DNA of 64,000 nucleotides. Origin: Dimorphilus gyrociliatus (Eukaryota; Animalia; Annelida). The notes under the pieces are model-generated. The model did not search any database. It worked only from the letters and a program-made list of their open reading frames with translations, and was not told where the DNA came from. The stretch's first letter is position 1, and each line of letters begins with the position of its first letter. Below, piece by piece: positions 27,180 to 41,646 of the stretch. The position numbers were made by a program, and so were the translations under genes. The stretch lies in NCBI GenBank assembly GCA_904063045.1, contig CAJFCJ010000025.1, positions 1 to 64,000 of the forward strand. The letters run 5' to 3'.

Positions 27180-30100
27180 CTAGTCTAATATTACACTTTC
27201 AATTTCGCTTAAGTCCGATTGAGATGTATCAGAATAATCTGGTAGATCATCCATTTGAGTCTTAATTATTTTCATAGGTATACTTTCGCTCATTCTCCAA
27301 ATTGATGGTAATTTCTTAAGAATTGGATTTTCATCTTCGTCAGACCAGTATTCATTATCCGAATCCATTATACTAAATAAATCGCCTTTTATCCATTCCA
27401 GTTTACCCTTACTTAGAAACTGAGGCCATTTCAATCCAAGCTTTTTATGAACGCTTAGTAAGAGCTTAAAACAATCGAACGTCATTTTAATTATCTTACT
27501 ATATTAATAAATCTATACTTACAAATCTAGGCTTTAAACAGGTAAAATAGGCATTTTTAACTTCACGATATAATTCAAACTCTTCTTTATAAATGCTATT
27601 CTGACACACAATCTCTATATTTAAAAGTTCACCGTTTATGGTAACATTTGTCTCTCCATCCTCGTAATCGTCTATTATTAATTTAACGCACAGCCAATGC
27701 TTGCTTTGTGACCAATTAACTCTACAAAAAATTTTTCCACGATTATTTTGAACTATAGAATTTGGTTTCTCCTTTTTAACAACTTTAGGAAGTTTTTCTA
27801 ACAGTTTAGGTTCTTCATTATCGACATTTTTCTTCATTGCTGGTGGTTTTATTATTGACATAAATGTCTCTAAAATAGCTTTATCCTTTTCTTTTGATAT
27901 TTTATCAATTTCATCATGAATTTTAAAAATAATACGATGTTTATGCTCTGTTGACCATTTAGAAAATTCGCTATGTTCTATCAGTAGGAATATTCGTACT
28001 ACGAGTGGGATAATAACGCTGTTACTGGTTTCTAATAAAAGTTCAGAGAGAGTTGATGTCGATACGGAAGCTAAAAATGGTATAGAATCGGGAAACTTTT
28101 GAAAGATATAATGTAAAATCTTCAGTGCGTATATTCTGACTTTCTTTTCTATTACTCTTACTTTTAGAAGATCTAAGATTGTTCCAATATATCCGATATG
28201 GTATACTTTCTTTATTGAGCTGAATGAGTAAAATATTCTAATTAGATGCTAATTTAAATAATTAATTAATTCATTGTTTTAATAATACTCACTCAGATGT
28301 TATGTTGTCATGACTCATTAAAGTTCGAAAGAATTTACAAAAATCGTATTGACCCTCCTCCTCCATATAATCTAGTCTAAAAATTGATCTTATTGTTGAG
28401 AAAAATTGCTTATCTTCAAAGATCACTTCGTTGTATCCTTGATATTTTGATAGATTAAGAATAGTGGTTTTACACAAATTCGGCCATAGTTGGTTCAAAT
28501 GGCTAATATATCGTAATCCATTTACTTCTTTGAAGAGCTTCCATCTCTTCCCATTGTATTTCGTTATCCAATTCACAAATAAATCGAGAAGTCTAATACG
28601 TTCATCGTGTCTTTTTGATAGTATAACTGCCTTTGCGAAGAAATCTATTGAAAGCTTAATACATCTAATAGTGGAGCACGTGATAAGATTATCTAAATTA
28701 TCTTCTAATTGAAATTGTTCCATTGCTCCATTCAAAGTATTATAGATCACTTCTCCGCAAAATAATCTTAATTTTTCATGGCATTTTTCGTGTACCTGCT
28801 CTAAATGAACGGTAAACCAACTGTCAAAAGTTCTCTTATCTAAAGTTCCAAAATTGTTGGCTTGTAAATGACAACTTAAGTCAAATTTCTTTAATTTATT
28901 ATCAGTATTTACTAGATTAACTTCGTAAATCGATTTTCTTTTATTGCAAGCTAATCGGGTAACTTCGAATTTGAGATTCATAGTTATTTTTAAGAATTCA
29001 ATCACTCTTTCTTTACTTTCTCTATTGCATAAAATATTACCTAGGATGCAATGAATTGCTCCGAAAGGTTTCTTGAGATGTTTAGCTTTTAAGCATTTTA
29101 TGTCAGATTTAAAAACCTCGCAGCATTCTGCATTGTCAATAAATAGAACTTTAAAAGTTCTATCATATCTTTCTAAAACTCTAGCTCTTAACCAACGATT
29201 ATTCCATTTAGCTAGAACATAAGTTGGAGCATCCCAATCTACCTCAATAGGTAATGAATCCTTATCATCTTTCTCCAAGAAATCATCTAATGATTTCGTT
29301 TCGCTACCCACAATCCTAGTAAAGAAATTTACAGGACTTATCGCTGATACTATCCTAACAACATCGCCAACTTTTAAAGAGGATTGTCTTAATTTGACAG
29401 CTTCACCATGAACAGTATACCCGTAGCTGCATGTATCAATATGCTTCGAAAACAGTCTAAATAAGTTTGTTACATGAAGTGGATTGCTCATAGCCATATT
29501 CATATCCAACAACTTTCTTCTTATTGTATCGTAGGGAGTAGTTGTTCCCATCGTTTTAAGATCTACCTCCACTCGTAAATGATCAACGACTAAAGTGTCA
29601 CATGTAATAATTAACACTTGTGCACTCATAGTTTTATTCAAGACTTCTCCTGTGACAAATTCTGTAACATTATCTGGCCATTGTATAAAATCATCAATGG
29701 GTCGAACTCTTGCCAAACGAACTTTCATTAGTTGAGGGGGTATTATGCCTAATGACGGTGGAAGCTGTAAAAGTTCACTAGAATGTACCTCTTTATAACT
29801 TCCAATATCAACTAAATGAACTCTTATTAAGCCTTTTTTCCATTCCTCCTGTAAAGCTTGAACTTCTTCTACTCTAACTCTAACAAAGGTTTCATTCTCC
29901 AATTTAAGTGCGGCCAAATCGCCTTCTTGAACACAAGCTGACGTACAAGTTTTTTCTTGACAGCAAGTCTTTAAAGGAATTCTATTGCTTTCTTCTTTAA
30001 AATAGTTATTAAGCGAAACTTTCAGCTGATAAAACTCTTTGTGAAGGCTGTATACATCTCCTTTTTCGTTTTCGTATGATAAAATTCTAGCATAGTAAGA

Positions 30101-33100
30101 TATTGCGTTTTGGAGATGTACAATAATCAGCCTTATCTTACCAGAAACATGGAAATTCGATTGATACATAGTCGGGGTGGGTATATCCTTCTGAACAACT
30201 ATTTTATGCCTCCAGCCGCATTTTTCAAATTTGTAACATTTTCCATATGAAAGTAAAATATGGCACAACTCGTTTCCATCTTTTTCTGTTTCAGGACTAT
30301 GTGGGAAATGTTTACTCTTCCATTTCAGAAATTTTGGAGGTGGTTCAGTATTAAAAGCTTTCATAACCTTTTCAACAGTTGGTAGCTGAAGCATACACTC
30401 TTCTCTGGTAAAAACATACATTGATGGATCCGTAGTTTGGGAAACTTCAGGATCATATGTAATCTTTTTTACTATTTTTTTAGCTAAAGCTTCATAAATC
30501 AAAGTAAGCGTTTCGTACATTTCCTTTTGCTTGGGCATATAAGTAAAAACTAAGATTTGCGCATTGTAGAAAGGTATCGAATTTCCACGAATCGTTACGA
30601 ATATTTTTTCACTGGTATCGGAATCGTTTTTTTCGTTTAGACAAGATTTTATGACTCCTTCGTTTAAAATTTTACTTTGTAATGAAAATTTGGAATTTAG
30701 AACTGATGCTAAAAAGTCGGCTTGTTTTATCGAATCTGCATAGATCACCGCTCTCTTATTCGGTACTTTTAAGAGTATTTTCCCAATTTTTGTGAAGATT
30801 TCCCTCTCGTCATCACAACAGTCAAAAAAATATTCAAGAGGAGCATACACGGCGGCTACGGTCGGATTGCAAATGAAAATATGCGTCTTTAGGGTTTTCA
30901 TATAGGTATTAAAGAAGCAAACTACTTCTTCCGTTAAAAGATCTGTTATAAGGGCAATTTGAGGTATCATTGATTCATTTTTCTCGAGGACAAACGACCA
31001 ATTTTTCATGAAAACTTCCAGCGAACTCTTGTAGAGTTGTAATACCAAGTGAGCGTTGTGAATGCACAAAAACTGAGTTTTGTCAAGTCGAATGCTTTTC
31101 TTTTCAATGGCCAATTGAAAAATACTTGCGGTGCAAACTAAAACGTCACAGCCGTTTAATAATAATACATCTATATCATTAGAAATACCGTTTCCGCAGG
31201 CTGCAACAATTTTTGGTGCATGTAGAGTATTTTCTGTCGTAAGAATCCTAAGGGCGGAAGTTATACTTTCGACGCACTGCCATGTCTGGCTGATGACGAT
31301 GAAGACGGGTGACGATGACTTGAACTTAATTTCTGATAGTTTCCTCACGATTGGAATAATGAACGTCATGTCAATATTATCCTTGCTTCGCCTGTGAGGG
31401 GTTACCATAAATACAGAGCTAGAACCAAGCAAGAGTGGCCAAGCAACAGATTCACTGAACGATATTTCTCCATTTCTTCCTAACATAGCCAGTAGCCGTA
31501 TTTCTCTGGAAGATGATGCAGAGACAAACGGCTCTGCTAATTCTCTACCATACGGTATTACTCCTTTACCAAATAGCATGTTTCTTATTTTCTTATTGTG
31601 TTCTTTCAGTGATAGTCGCCGGGACCTTTTTTCTCGTCTATATCGACTCTTAATATTCAAGTTAGAAAACTTAATTATGACATTATCATCAAAAAGGGAT
31701 GGAGCAGCAGACGAAGGCATTTTTAAAGGCGATCTTTCAAGAGTGTGCAAAGTTTTAATACAATCATTTTCTATCAAATTTAAACAAACTTCTCTCTCTC
31801 TAAATACGACTGGCTCTTCATTTTCTAACGTTTCTTCAAATAATTTACTATCAAAATCTAAATCCGTATTATCGTTTTCGAGCTTTGACATTGTTTCTTC
31901 CAAGTCGGTTGTATCAGTAGATTTGTCTAATAAAACTTTAGTAGTACTTTTCTCATGATCTTTTGACTCTTCCGAAATTTTTTCCAATGAATAACAACAT
32001 ATTTTTGTCAAATTTTCGGCAAGAGATTCTTCCATGCTTTTTCCATTGCCATTACAATTCTTTTGAGAATTTTCCTGTACATCAGGGGCGAATTTAGTTT
32101 CTAGGGCACTCGTAGATTTTTGAAGTTTCTTTTCTTTTTCATTATTAAGAAATTCTAATATAGCATTGAAAAGAGCTTTCTGCCTTCTTTCATTAACAGT
32201 TACATCCGCTTGTTCGACGAGTTTATGCTCGTCTTTTTGTACATTGTTTACAAGCGATTCTGTTATATTAGTCGTCGCATTTTCATCTTTTATAGAGTTG
32301 CAATTGTCGTTGTCAGCATGAGAATCAGCTACTTTTTTTTCACACTCTTGATTAATTTTATTAATTTCTAAGACTTCGATGTGATTCTCTCTTTTTAATG
32401 ATTCTCCTTGGATTGTGTCCATCTTTTCCTTATCTACTTCATCATTTTTATTTTCATCGTTAATCAAACTGTTCGATTTGGTCCTTTTACGCTTTATCTT
32501 AATTCTTATAATCTTCCCGGGTTTCTTAGCCATATTTGTTATAGTGTTGCATTCTCTATTTAATTCTATTTTAGATTTAGAAGCTACAATGTCTCTCTTT
32601 TCTTCGTTTTCAACTATTTCGTCATCTTTCTGTTTCTTCCCTTTATCAACATCATCTATGATTGATGAACTTTTTTTTGAAACTGACTTTCTTTCTTTTA
32701 ACTTCTTCGAAACTTCTTTTTCTTTATCCGTAGTTACAACATTTGAGGAATTTACATCTTTCGAAGACAAATTTTCATTGTTTATTTTCTTTGATTCTGT
32801 TTTGTTTTTTGGGTTTGTTAAAGAGCTCGTAGATGAAGTGTCCTTTTTGAGATTCTCAATCATAGTCTTCATTTCATTAACAGAGTTCAAGAGGTTCGTA
32901 TTTGTTCTTTTTCTTTCAGTTACTACGCTGCCATGGTCTTCGTGAGGTTGCGTAACTTCTTCAGATACCTGATTTTGTTTAATCTTTTTCGTTTTAAATT
33001 TGGTCTCACAATTCCGCGTTGATAGTTGAAGAGTACCATTTTCTGAGATTTGCTCTTTCTTATAAATACATTTCTCTGTCGTCTGTTCAGTTGTAATTTT

Positions 33101-36100
33101 TGAAGAGTCTTCATTATAAATTGACAACCCCGATGATATTTTTCTTGGTTTTAAGCTTTTCAATGGATTAGTCAACTGGAATATTCTCTTAGGAGAAGAA
33201 TTATTAACAGATTCTTTTATATCGATTTCAGTGTTTTCCAGTTCAATTTTCTTCTGCTTCGTCTTTTTAACAATAATTTTTTTAATTCGTTTTAACTCAT
33301 TGTTTACAGGGTCGTCTAAGTCCCCTGTCTGTTTAGGACTCTTTTTTTCAATAGACTCCTTTGCCTTTGTAGCCGATTTTGAAGTAGGAGTCATTCTAAT
33401 AGGACTAGTATTGATAAGGTATTTTTTATTGCCGAGAACGGTGAAACTTTCATTCAGATAGTTCGGTAAAGTTTCTATTTTCAACTCGGTATTATTGTTT
33501 TCATCTTTCTTTGGAGAAGAGGGCTGTTTTGTTAGAAGATTGTCTTTTGATTCTTTGACTCTAGTCCTTACAAATTTGGACTTCTGAGTTCCGTTTTTAG
33601 GAGTTTTTTTCATATTATCATTTTTAGCTAGTTTGTCCTTTTTCCAATTTAATATATTGATTTCAGTAATTCTGTCTGCATTTTCATCAGTATAAAAAGA
33701 TCCAGCATTCTTCGTTGTTCCATTTTCCGAAATTCTTTCGGTCTTCGATTGATATTTTGGTTTATCAATCTTTTTCGAAGGTGAATTGTTTGTTGAATTA
33801 TCTTCAAAAGATTTTTTCATATGAGATTCACATTGAACTTCTTCTTTTGACTTTTTCGAAGGGGATTTCTCAATGGATTTCCTTATCTTAGGTTTTAAAT
33901 TAAACTGTTCGGAGTCATTCTCTTTGGAAGAGACTTTTTGGGGAGAAGTTAATTTCTCTTTTACAGATTTTGAAACCTTCACCCGATTATTTTCATTAAT
34001 ATGAGATTCAAACCGATCTGTTACTACAGTATCTCTTTTTAATTTTCTCACAATTTTGTCCCCGATTTTGTTTTCGCGGTCAGGAACTAGTTTAATTGGT
34101 ACAACTGTCTCATTATTCAGTTGGCAGGCATTTCTAGCACTTACAGTTTTTATAGAAGGTAGAGTTTTTGTTTTCAATAGATAACGATCAGAATAGTTTG
34201 GACCATTAGTATTTTTGATACCATTAACCAGCTTTTTCTGGGCAGTGAATGTTCTTCCTTTTTTTCCATATACCATATTATCAAGGGAGGCGTCACTACT
34301 TTCATCGTCTGATAATACACACTTACGATCATCATTAGTTATATCAGAATCAGATTCGCCTAAAGTAGCATCACTGATGAATGAGAACAGCTTTTCATCA
34401 GCTTGAATCGGAGTACTATGACCATTCGGTAGATATGGAGGAGAGCCAATTTTCGCTAAGGGTTTCTTGACAGATTCAGTACCCTTTGCGATTGACCTGG
34501 AATTACTTGTTTCATCAGGTGAAGTAATGGATATTTCAATTTTGGCAGAATCATCCAATATTTCGTGACAGTTATCGGAATTTTCTTTAGGTTTTTCAGT
34601 ATTAACAAAGCTGGAATGTTTCTTGTTTTCTTCCTCTGTCGTTTCGCAAGTGTAATTATATTTTTTCAGTTTTTCTTTTAAAATGAAATCGAAAGTTGTT
34701 GGATTAGGAATTGGAGCAGCTCGTTGTTTAGGTATGACTCTAACAATTTCGTTCCTTTCTGTCGCAACTTTATCATTTTTCTTTTTTTTAACAGCTTTGA
34801 CTTTGATAGTTTTAGTAGGAGACTTTTTATCTTTTTCAGTTTTAGTCTTGTTAGTTTCGTCTTTGACAGTTTCAGATTTGTCAATTTGACCTTGACCTTT
34901 GTCTGTTTCCGACTTCTCCATTTCTTCTTGGTCACTTTTAGTTTTTTCAGTTTCAATCCGATCAGCTTTGGCCTGTTCAGTTTTAGGTTTAGATGTTTCT
35001 TCATTCGCGTTGCCATTGTTAATCCCATTATTAACATCTTTTGCAACATCATCTTCTTTATTCTCGTCTTTCTTCTCACCAGAAGATAATCTTTTTTCCT
35101 TATTTCTTTTATCTTTAGATAATTGGATAGTACTTTTAGCAGGAGGTAGAAAATAAGGTCTATTTGTTTGGTTCTTTCTTAAAAAGTCTTCAACGTCTAC
35201 TTTGGTATAGTTTGAATTTCTACTACTCGCAGCTTTAGAACGTTCTCTTTGTTTTTGTGATATTCTATCCAACTCCTCTTTAATTTGATAATCAAGATCG
35301 TAGAGGAGTCCCTGATCATCCTTCCTCTTTGTCTTTGTAATAAAATTTTCATTTTCCTCATTTCTTGCAACTTTTCGAAGAAGCTTATTAACTGATTTTG
35401 GCTTTGGAATGACACTTTCATCTTTGGATGCGTCGGAAGATGTTGAATTATTCATTACAGGTAGAATTATATTTTTAATATATTCAGTGTAATCTTCAGC
35501 TAAAAAATTATGAAAGAAATACTGAAATTTCTCAAACGAATGGTAAATATTTCATGAAAATAACCTTCATAATCATCTTCATATATTCCATATCCCGCTT
35601 TGACTAGTTCTTCGCTGGCTTCCAATATTTCTGGATTATCAGAATCTTGTTGGAAGAAAAGTCTAACTTTCTGATTATTAACGTCGGATACGTCAATAAA
35701 ATGTACAAAAAAAGTGTGTTCCTTATCTTTTAAATAAGGCAAAATCGAATTAGAAATTAATGAATAAATATTGAATTTTATTGAAAGTTTACCCAGCATT
35801 CTTTCGAAAGCGTTTTTCGCTGAAAATGTCCAATTTTCTACTTTTCTTCATAAATCAGAAATAATTAGAATTTTTTGGAATAGCCAATAAAGATTCTTAA
35901 ATTTCAACTTACTTTGTTATAAATAGTGAACTCTCTTGATCTCTGGTCAATTCCAGTGGCGCTAATTTATAAAGGCTACAACATCTACTTTGCTGCGGTA
36001 CTTTAAGAAACTTTTTCGGTAATATTCTTAATCTGTTAATAAGTTTCTACCAGGTATACAGTATGAAATAGTTACGTAAATAGGATAGCATACGTTGTTA

Positions 36101-36639
36101 ATGGTATCTTTCTCACAAAACTATAGTCATGCGATGCACATCTGGAGAATAAAATGAAATTATTATCATAATTTATCTATAAAGGAACAAATACATACAA
36201 AATTTGAATAGAACTCTGTATTCCATAATTCCCTTCCGAGAAGCAGCAGACTCTTGCAAGTCTTACCCATTCCCCTCTTTGCTTACTAAAAGCTGCAAAG
36301 TTCTGCAACATGATTTTAATATAATACCTTTTCTTTTCAAATTAGCTAATATTTTCTAATATATAAGAAATATACAAACTGAATGTTTATTAATATCCTC
36401 TCTTTTTAACACGATATCATTTTCAGGTTTTGAGTAGTATCTATCCATTTCTTTTTTTAGTTTATGAAAGGCCGCAGCACTATCACGTCTCTTCGGATCA
36501 TAAAGTAGACGTATCTCGAATTTAGATGGTGAATTAGTCTAATAAGTAATTTTAAAATAATTTAGACGTCTATCAAATGAAATTTATACTCTGTACGTAC
36601 TTTTAAAATTTCAACAGGTAAGATTGTAGGTAACCCCAT
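27180..36639 (-). CDS. TDRD12: TDRD12-like piRNA-pathway protein (Tudor - long insert - DEAD-like helicase - CCCH - Tudor - Tudor - helical region - CS), ~2,976 aa
   Basis: Exons 36601-36639, 36380-36538, 36199-36302, 36117-36141 (least certain), 35913-36046, 35565-35845, 28293-35499, 27523-28219, 27180-27464 join in frame (8,931 nt). N-terminal Tudor (AAFSKQRGEWVRLARV), helicase fold (ESVAWPLL...GCDVLVCT), C-x8-C-x5-C-x3-H finger, Tudor (FVRVRV...LVDIG), C-terminal CS/p23 domain (VNWSQ...KWPQFL...WIKGD...DSD). This architecture is typical of TDRD12. Confidence 0.88.
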
Positions 36640-37788
36640 TTTAGGAAATTTTTAATTTTTCTTTACTTATATTTTTGATAGCTGAAAAGAGGAAATTACA
36701 AGGTAAGTCGTGCATTTTGTATAATAACTAATTATTGTAGTATGGATTTCCATAGGGAAAGCATGCTTTGAGTGGCTGAAAAAAGTCACATGTTTTATTA
36801 CTTTCAACAGTAATTAAGTTATTAACTTCAGGAATTCGCTTTTCATGAGTTTTACACATTTTAATTCTTATACATTAGAATATATCAAAAAGGAGGGGGG
36901 ATAGCTTACCCTTTAGTATATTTAACTTTATCAAAACCGTGATGCAATGAAGAGCCTCGTTTTCAATTTCTTAAATGGGCAGTAGCCATAAACGTGTGAC
37001 TAGCAAGTGAAAGGGTATGTTACATCTAAAGTGGTCCGGGGCTCCGCGTCTTATAAAAGTATTTCTTAGAAAAGTAGATGCAATAAAGTAAATAAAAACA
37101 CTAAAATACGTTTAAGAAAGAGGAAATTTCACAATAATTTAACTTACTTGTTAATTTTCATTGATTTGAAAAGCATACTTTATTTTCGCTAAAAATATCC
37201 ATATTTCCGGGGATAGCGGTCAACTTTATAAGGTAAGTTTATTACATTAAAATCTCCATTAGATATCAAATATTCGACAAAATAGTATTTAAAACTTTTC
37301 AAGCTCTGTGAATTTATATATTAGTATGAATTTATATATATAATATTAATAAAAGAATAGAGAAAAGTTTATATACTAACTGATAAAAAAGCCTATATGG
37401 ATTATTTATTTAATTACATAATATTTGGTTATTTGAGGAAACGTTTTATTGTATCAGCTACTTATAGTAGTAGTAGTGTCTAATTGCTACTACTATAAAA
37501 ACACTTTTAATGAAACACTAGAGTAAAAGGTATTACTTATCATCTCTGAGTATAATAAAAAGTTATAATAAGTTACTAATTATAATAATTGAGTGGAATA
37601 GGTACCCATACTCAATAAGCGACATCTATGCGACGTTTAATCTGTAGTAAAGCCGATCCTATCCAAACTTGGCTTATACTACTGCAGATAAATTTAATCG
37701 TATCTGTGAGAAAGTGTACGCATTTTCAATCCAAGTTTTGCCGTATAAATGTTCTAATATGATTTTAACGCTACAGATATAGCTTGCG

Positions 37789-38523
37789 ATGGAGTTTGTT
37801 AACGCTACCGACAACTTTTATCAATCTGCTATATCACTTGAAGATTCAAATGATCTCTTTGTAGTTAGCCCAGATTTATTTAAAGATACAGATGATTCGG
37901 TAAGTATACTCAAGTGTTAATTAATTACATAATCTGTATTTATGTACTTAGGAAATGCTATCGGGAAAGTTTATTATTCAATCAACGAACACTACGGTAT
38001 CCGACATATCAAAGCCAAATGCAGCTGACGAAGAATTTCAAACATCAGAAATTCGTACTAAACGACGTAGAAAACCTACCAAAAAATATCAAGGTTTTTT
38101 TTATGAATATTAAACGTCTACATTTTATATTAATAGGCAAATTATTTCCCAGACGATTTGGAAGATATAACCAAAGCAAGACCTATAAAACGCCGAGTAC
38201 GTAATCTACCAGCTAAAAATACACCAGAGCATTACGAGCTTAGACGTAAAAATAACGAAGCTGTACGTAGAAGTCGTCTACAAAAGAAAAAGAAAGAACT
38301 GGAAAAAGATCAAATTATCGAAGAGCAAATACAAAGAATTCAAAATTTAGAAAATGCTCTTAACGCATCAAAACAAGAGAAACTTATACAATATAAAAAG
38401 TTTGATGATCTTACAGTCCTGTTACGTTTAATCGAAATTGAGCTTAAAGATCCTATATCTCATAGTCGTGTTTCATCTTTAATCATACATAATATGAAAG
38501 AAGTATTAAAATCGGAAGTGTAG
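37789..38523 (+). CDS. C/EBP-like bZIP transcription factor 2, ~207 aa
   Basis: Exons 37789-37899, 37952-38093, 38153-38523 in phase; basic region TPEHYELRRKNNEAVRRSR followed by a heptad zipper. Confidence 0.8.
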
Positions 38524-38662
38524 CATAGTTATATGCAGTTCTATATCTGTATTAGTTTATATTTTTAATAAAGCATCCTTGGATTTTACTCGTAAACTAA
38601 TTATTGTAAAAATTGGCTAAGCATAGTCATATATTAGATATAGAAAAGAGCTATGTTCACAA

Positions 38663-38684
38663 TCTCTCTCTCTCTCTCTCTCTC
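38663..38684. repeat. (TC)n microsatellite
   Basis: tctctctctctctctctctctc between bZIP 2 and the TRAPPC3 3' end. Confidence 0.85.
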
Positions 38685-39174
38685 TATGCATTCATTCAAA
38701 AACATTAAAAAATCTTTCAAGTGATTTTATTCACTTTGAGGAAAATATCATATTAGTTGTTTTTTATAGTTTTTATTTGTTTATTTGTTTTTCTTTTGTA
38801 ACATTAATTATTTAAATATACAAATGTTTTGAATGAAAAAATGGTAAGTTAATACTTTCTATATTAATAAATAAACAAAATGAAAATAACATTAATTTAT
38901 GAATTGAACTATAATAATACATATTATGTGTATGTCAAATTGCTTTTCTACGTTTTTATAGGTTTTAACTTTAATAATTGACTGTAAGTTTAAAACTTGA
39001 ATATGTAATACAAACAAATAACTCCCTATTTAGTCAGCTAAATTTACTGTATTCTTGATGTTATTAGAAGTTATATAATAGTTATTGAAATAACCATAAA
39101 CTATTTAACATTTTACTATCAGTCCATGCACCAAATGAAGTGAAGAAATGAGTTTATTGGGAATATTTCTTCAT

Positions 39175-40153
<979 letters not shown>

Positions 40154-41646
40154 TATTAAACTAGGAGGTTCTTAGTTTCTGCTAGAATGTTTAAAGGATG
40201 TTTCACAAAACGATAGCGGAAGTTGGTCGCACAGTTCTAAAGCTAAATCTAATAAATTATGTAAAAAAATTGATTCTTTACCGATAACTGCTACTAAGTG
40301 GTTCCTTGCTTAAACTCACAAATATTATTTCCTTCATTTCAATTTTTTTCATTTTTCAGATATGCTTAAGATCTTTTAGTATTGTTAGCCCTTCCTCTCT
40401 AATAAACATAAATTTCTCTATATCGTGGAACAGGATACCTAGCAAATTGTTTTGGTCAAGGTCAAATTTAAAATATAAATATATATACTGTATATTATTC
40501 CTTTAAATCAAGATGAACCCTAGAAATTCTCGGATTTGCCAAATTTTCGTTATGTTACATATTGAGACAACGAAATGTATTTGTAAATTCTTGAATTTAT
40601 CACTAGACTATAGTATTAGCACATACATTGTATAACACCTATAATTTTATAAAGTAACTTAAATTAATTTTATTATTACTCCGATTCATCTATAAATTGA
40701 ATTAAATTGATTAAACGTTGTGATCTTAGTCTGAGAAAGATTGGAAAAAAGTATCCTCTTGGATGGGGTAATAAAAGTAAAATTTCATACCATAGTTAGT
40801 TAGTAAATAATAAAATATTATCCAAAAGTACTAAAAATTATATTGGAAAGCGCTTCACTACTCTCCATGAGTAATTAGATAGAGTCGCAATCAATTATCC
40901 GACCTATTAACTACTATTTGGAAAATATTCTTTTTTAAGATCGAATCTAAAAATATTATAAAGACTTGTTAGGTGTACAAATTTGAATAATTTAATCGAT
41001 CTATGTAGTAAATTGGATACTATTATATAATAAATGATATAAATAAATAATAATTTGATATAAGTTTTATTTTATTTTATTTTTACTTCTTGCACGCAAA
41101 CCAGTTTCGAATTTTTAAAATATTGCTCTACAATTAATTATAAAGTATCATTGTGAATAATTCAGAAAGCAATGTTCATTAGTTTCAAAAGATAGCTAGA
41201 CCTAACAACTTGCTTTCTTTTTGTATTACTTTCTTTGGGCTAATGTTTATTGTCTGAGAAGCCCGTCAGGTGCACCGGAAATAAAGAAAATGGTTCTCAA
41301 AAAGTGCTGTTGTTTTGCCTTATATTAATTCATATATTGATATAACATACATAAATTAACTTAAATTTTTATTAAATATAATTCGATAAATCATATATAT
41401 ATATGGGTAAATTAAACCATCAGAGTCTCTAAAATTATATAAAGGATACAGCAGGAGTAAAGATAAGCTAGAGACTATTTGTTAATTGAAAACAATTCCG
41501 AACCCGATATTCCTAACTCTTTCAAGGACGGAACACTAACCATTTAGGAATCTTCCTGAGGTTTTACACGCCATTCCGGCATTACAACATGCTGAATTAA
41601 AGAATAATTTGCTCATTTAAATTAATATTGTACTTAATTTTTCATC

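Noticed and set aside
27180-27861. Separate p23/CS-domain gene
   Set aside because: These ORFs join in frame (exon 27523-28219, then 27180-27464) to the giant TDRD12 exon; a C-terminal CS domain is a known TDRD12 feature.
28464-35421. Multiple plus-strand and off-frame ORFs within the TDRD12 exon
   Set aside because: Hydrophobic antisense shadows of Lys/Glu-rich codons; no independent gene signals.
40351-40500. Minus-strand frame FDLDQNNLLGILFHDIEKF resembling an EF-hand loop
   Set aside because: Lacks the position-12 Glu, has an upstream in-frame stop with no ATG, and has no clear exon partners.
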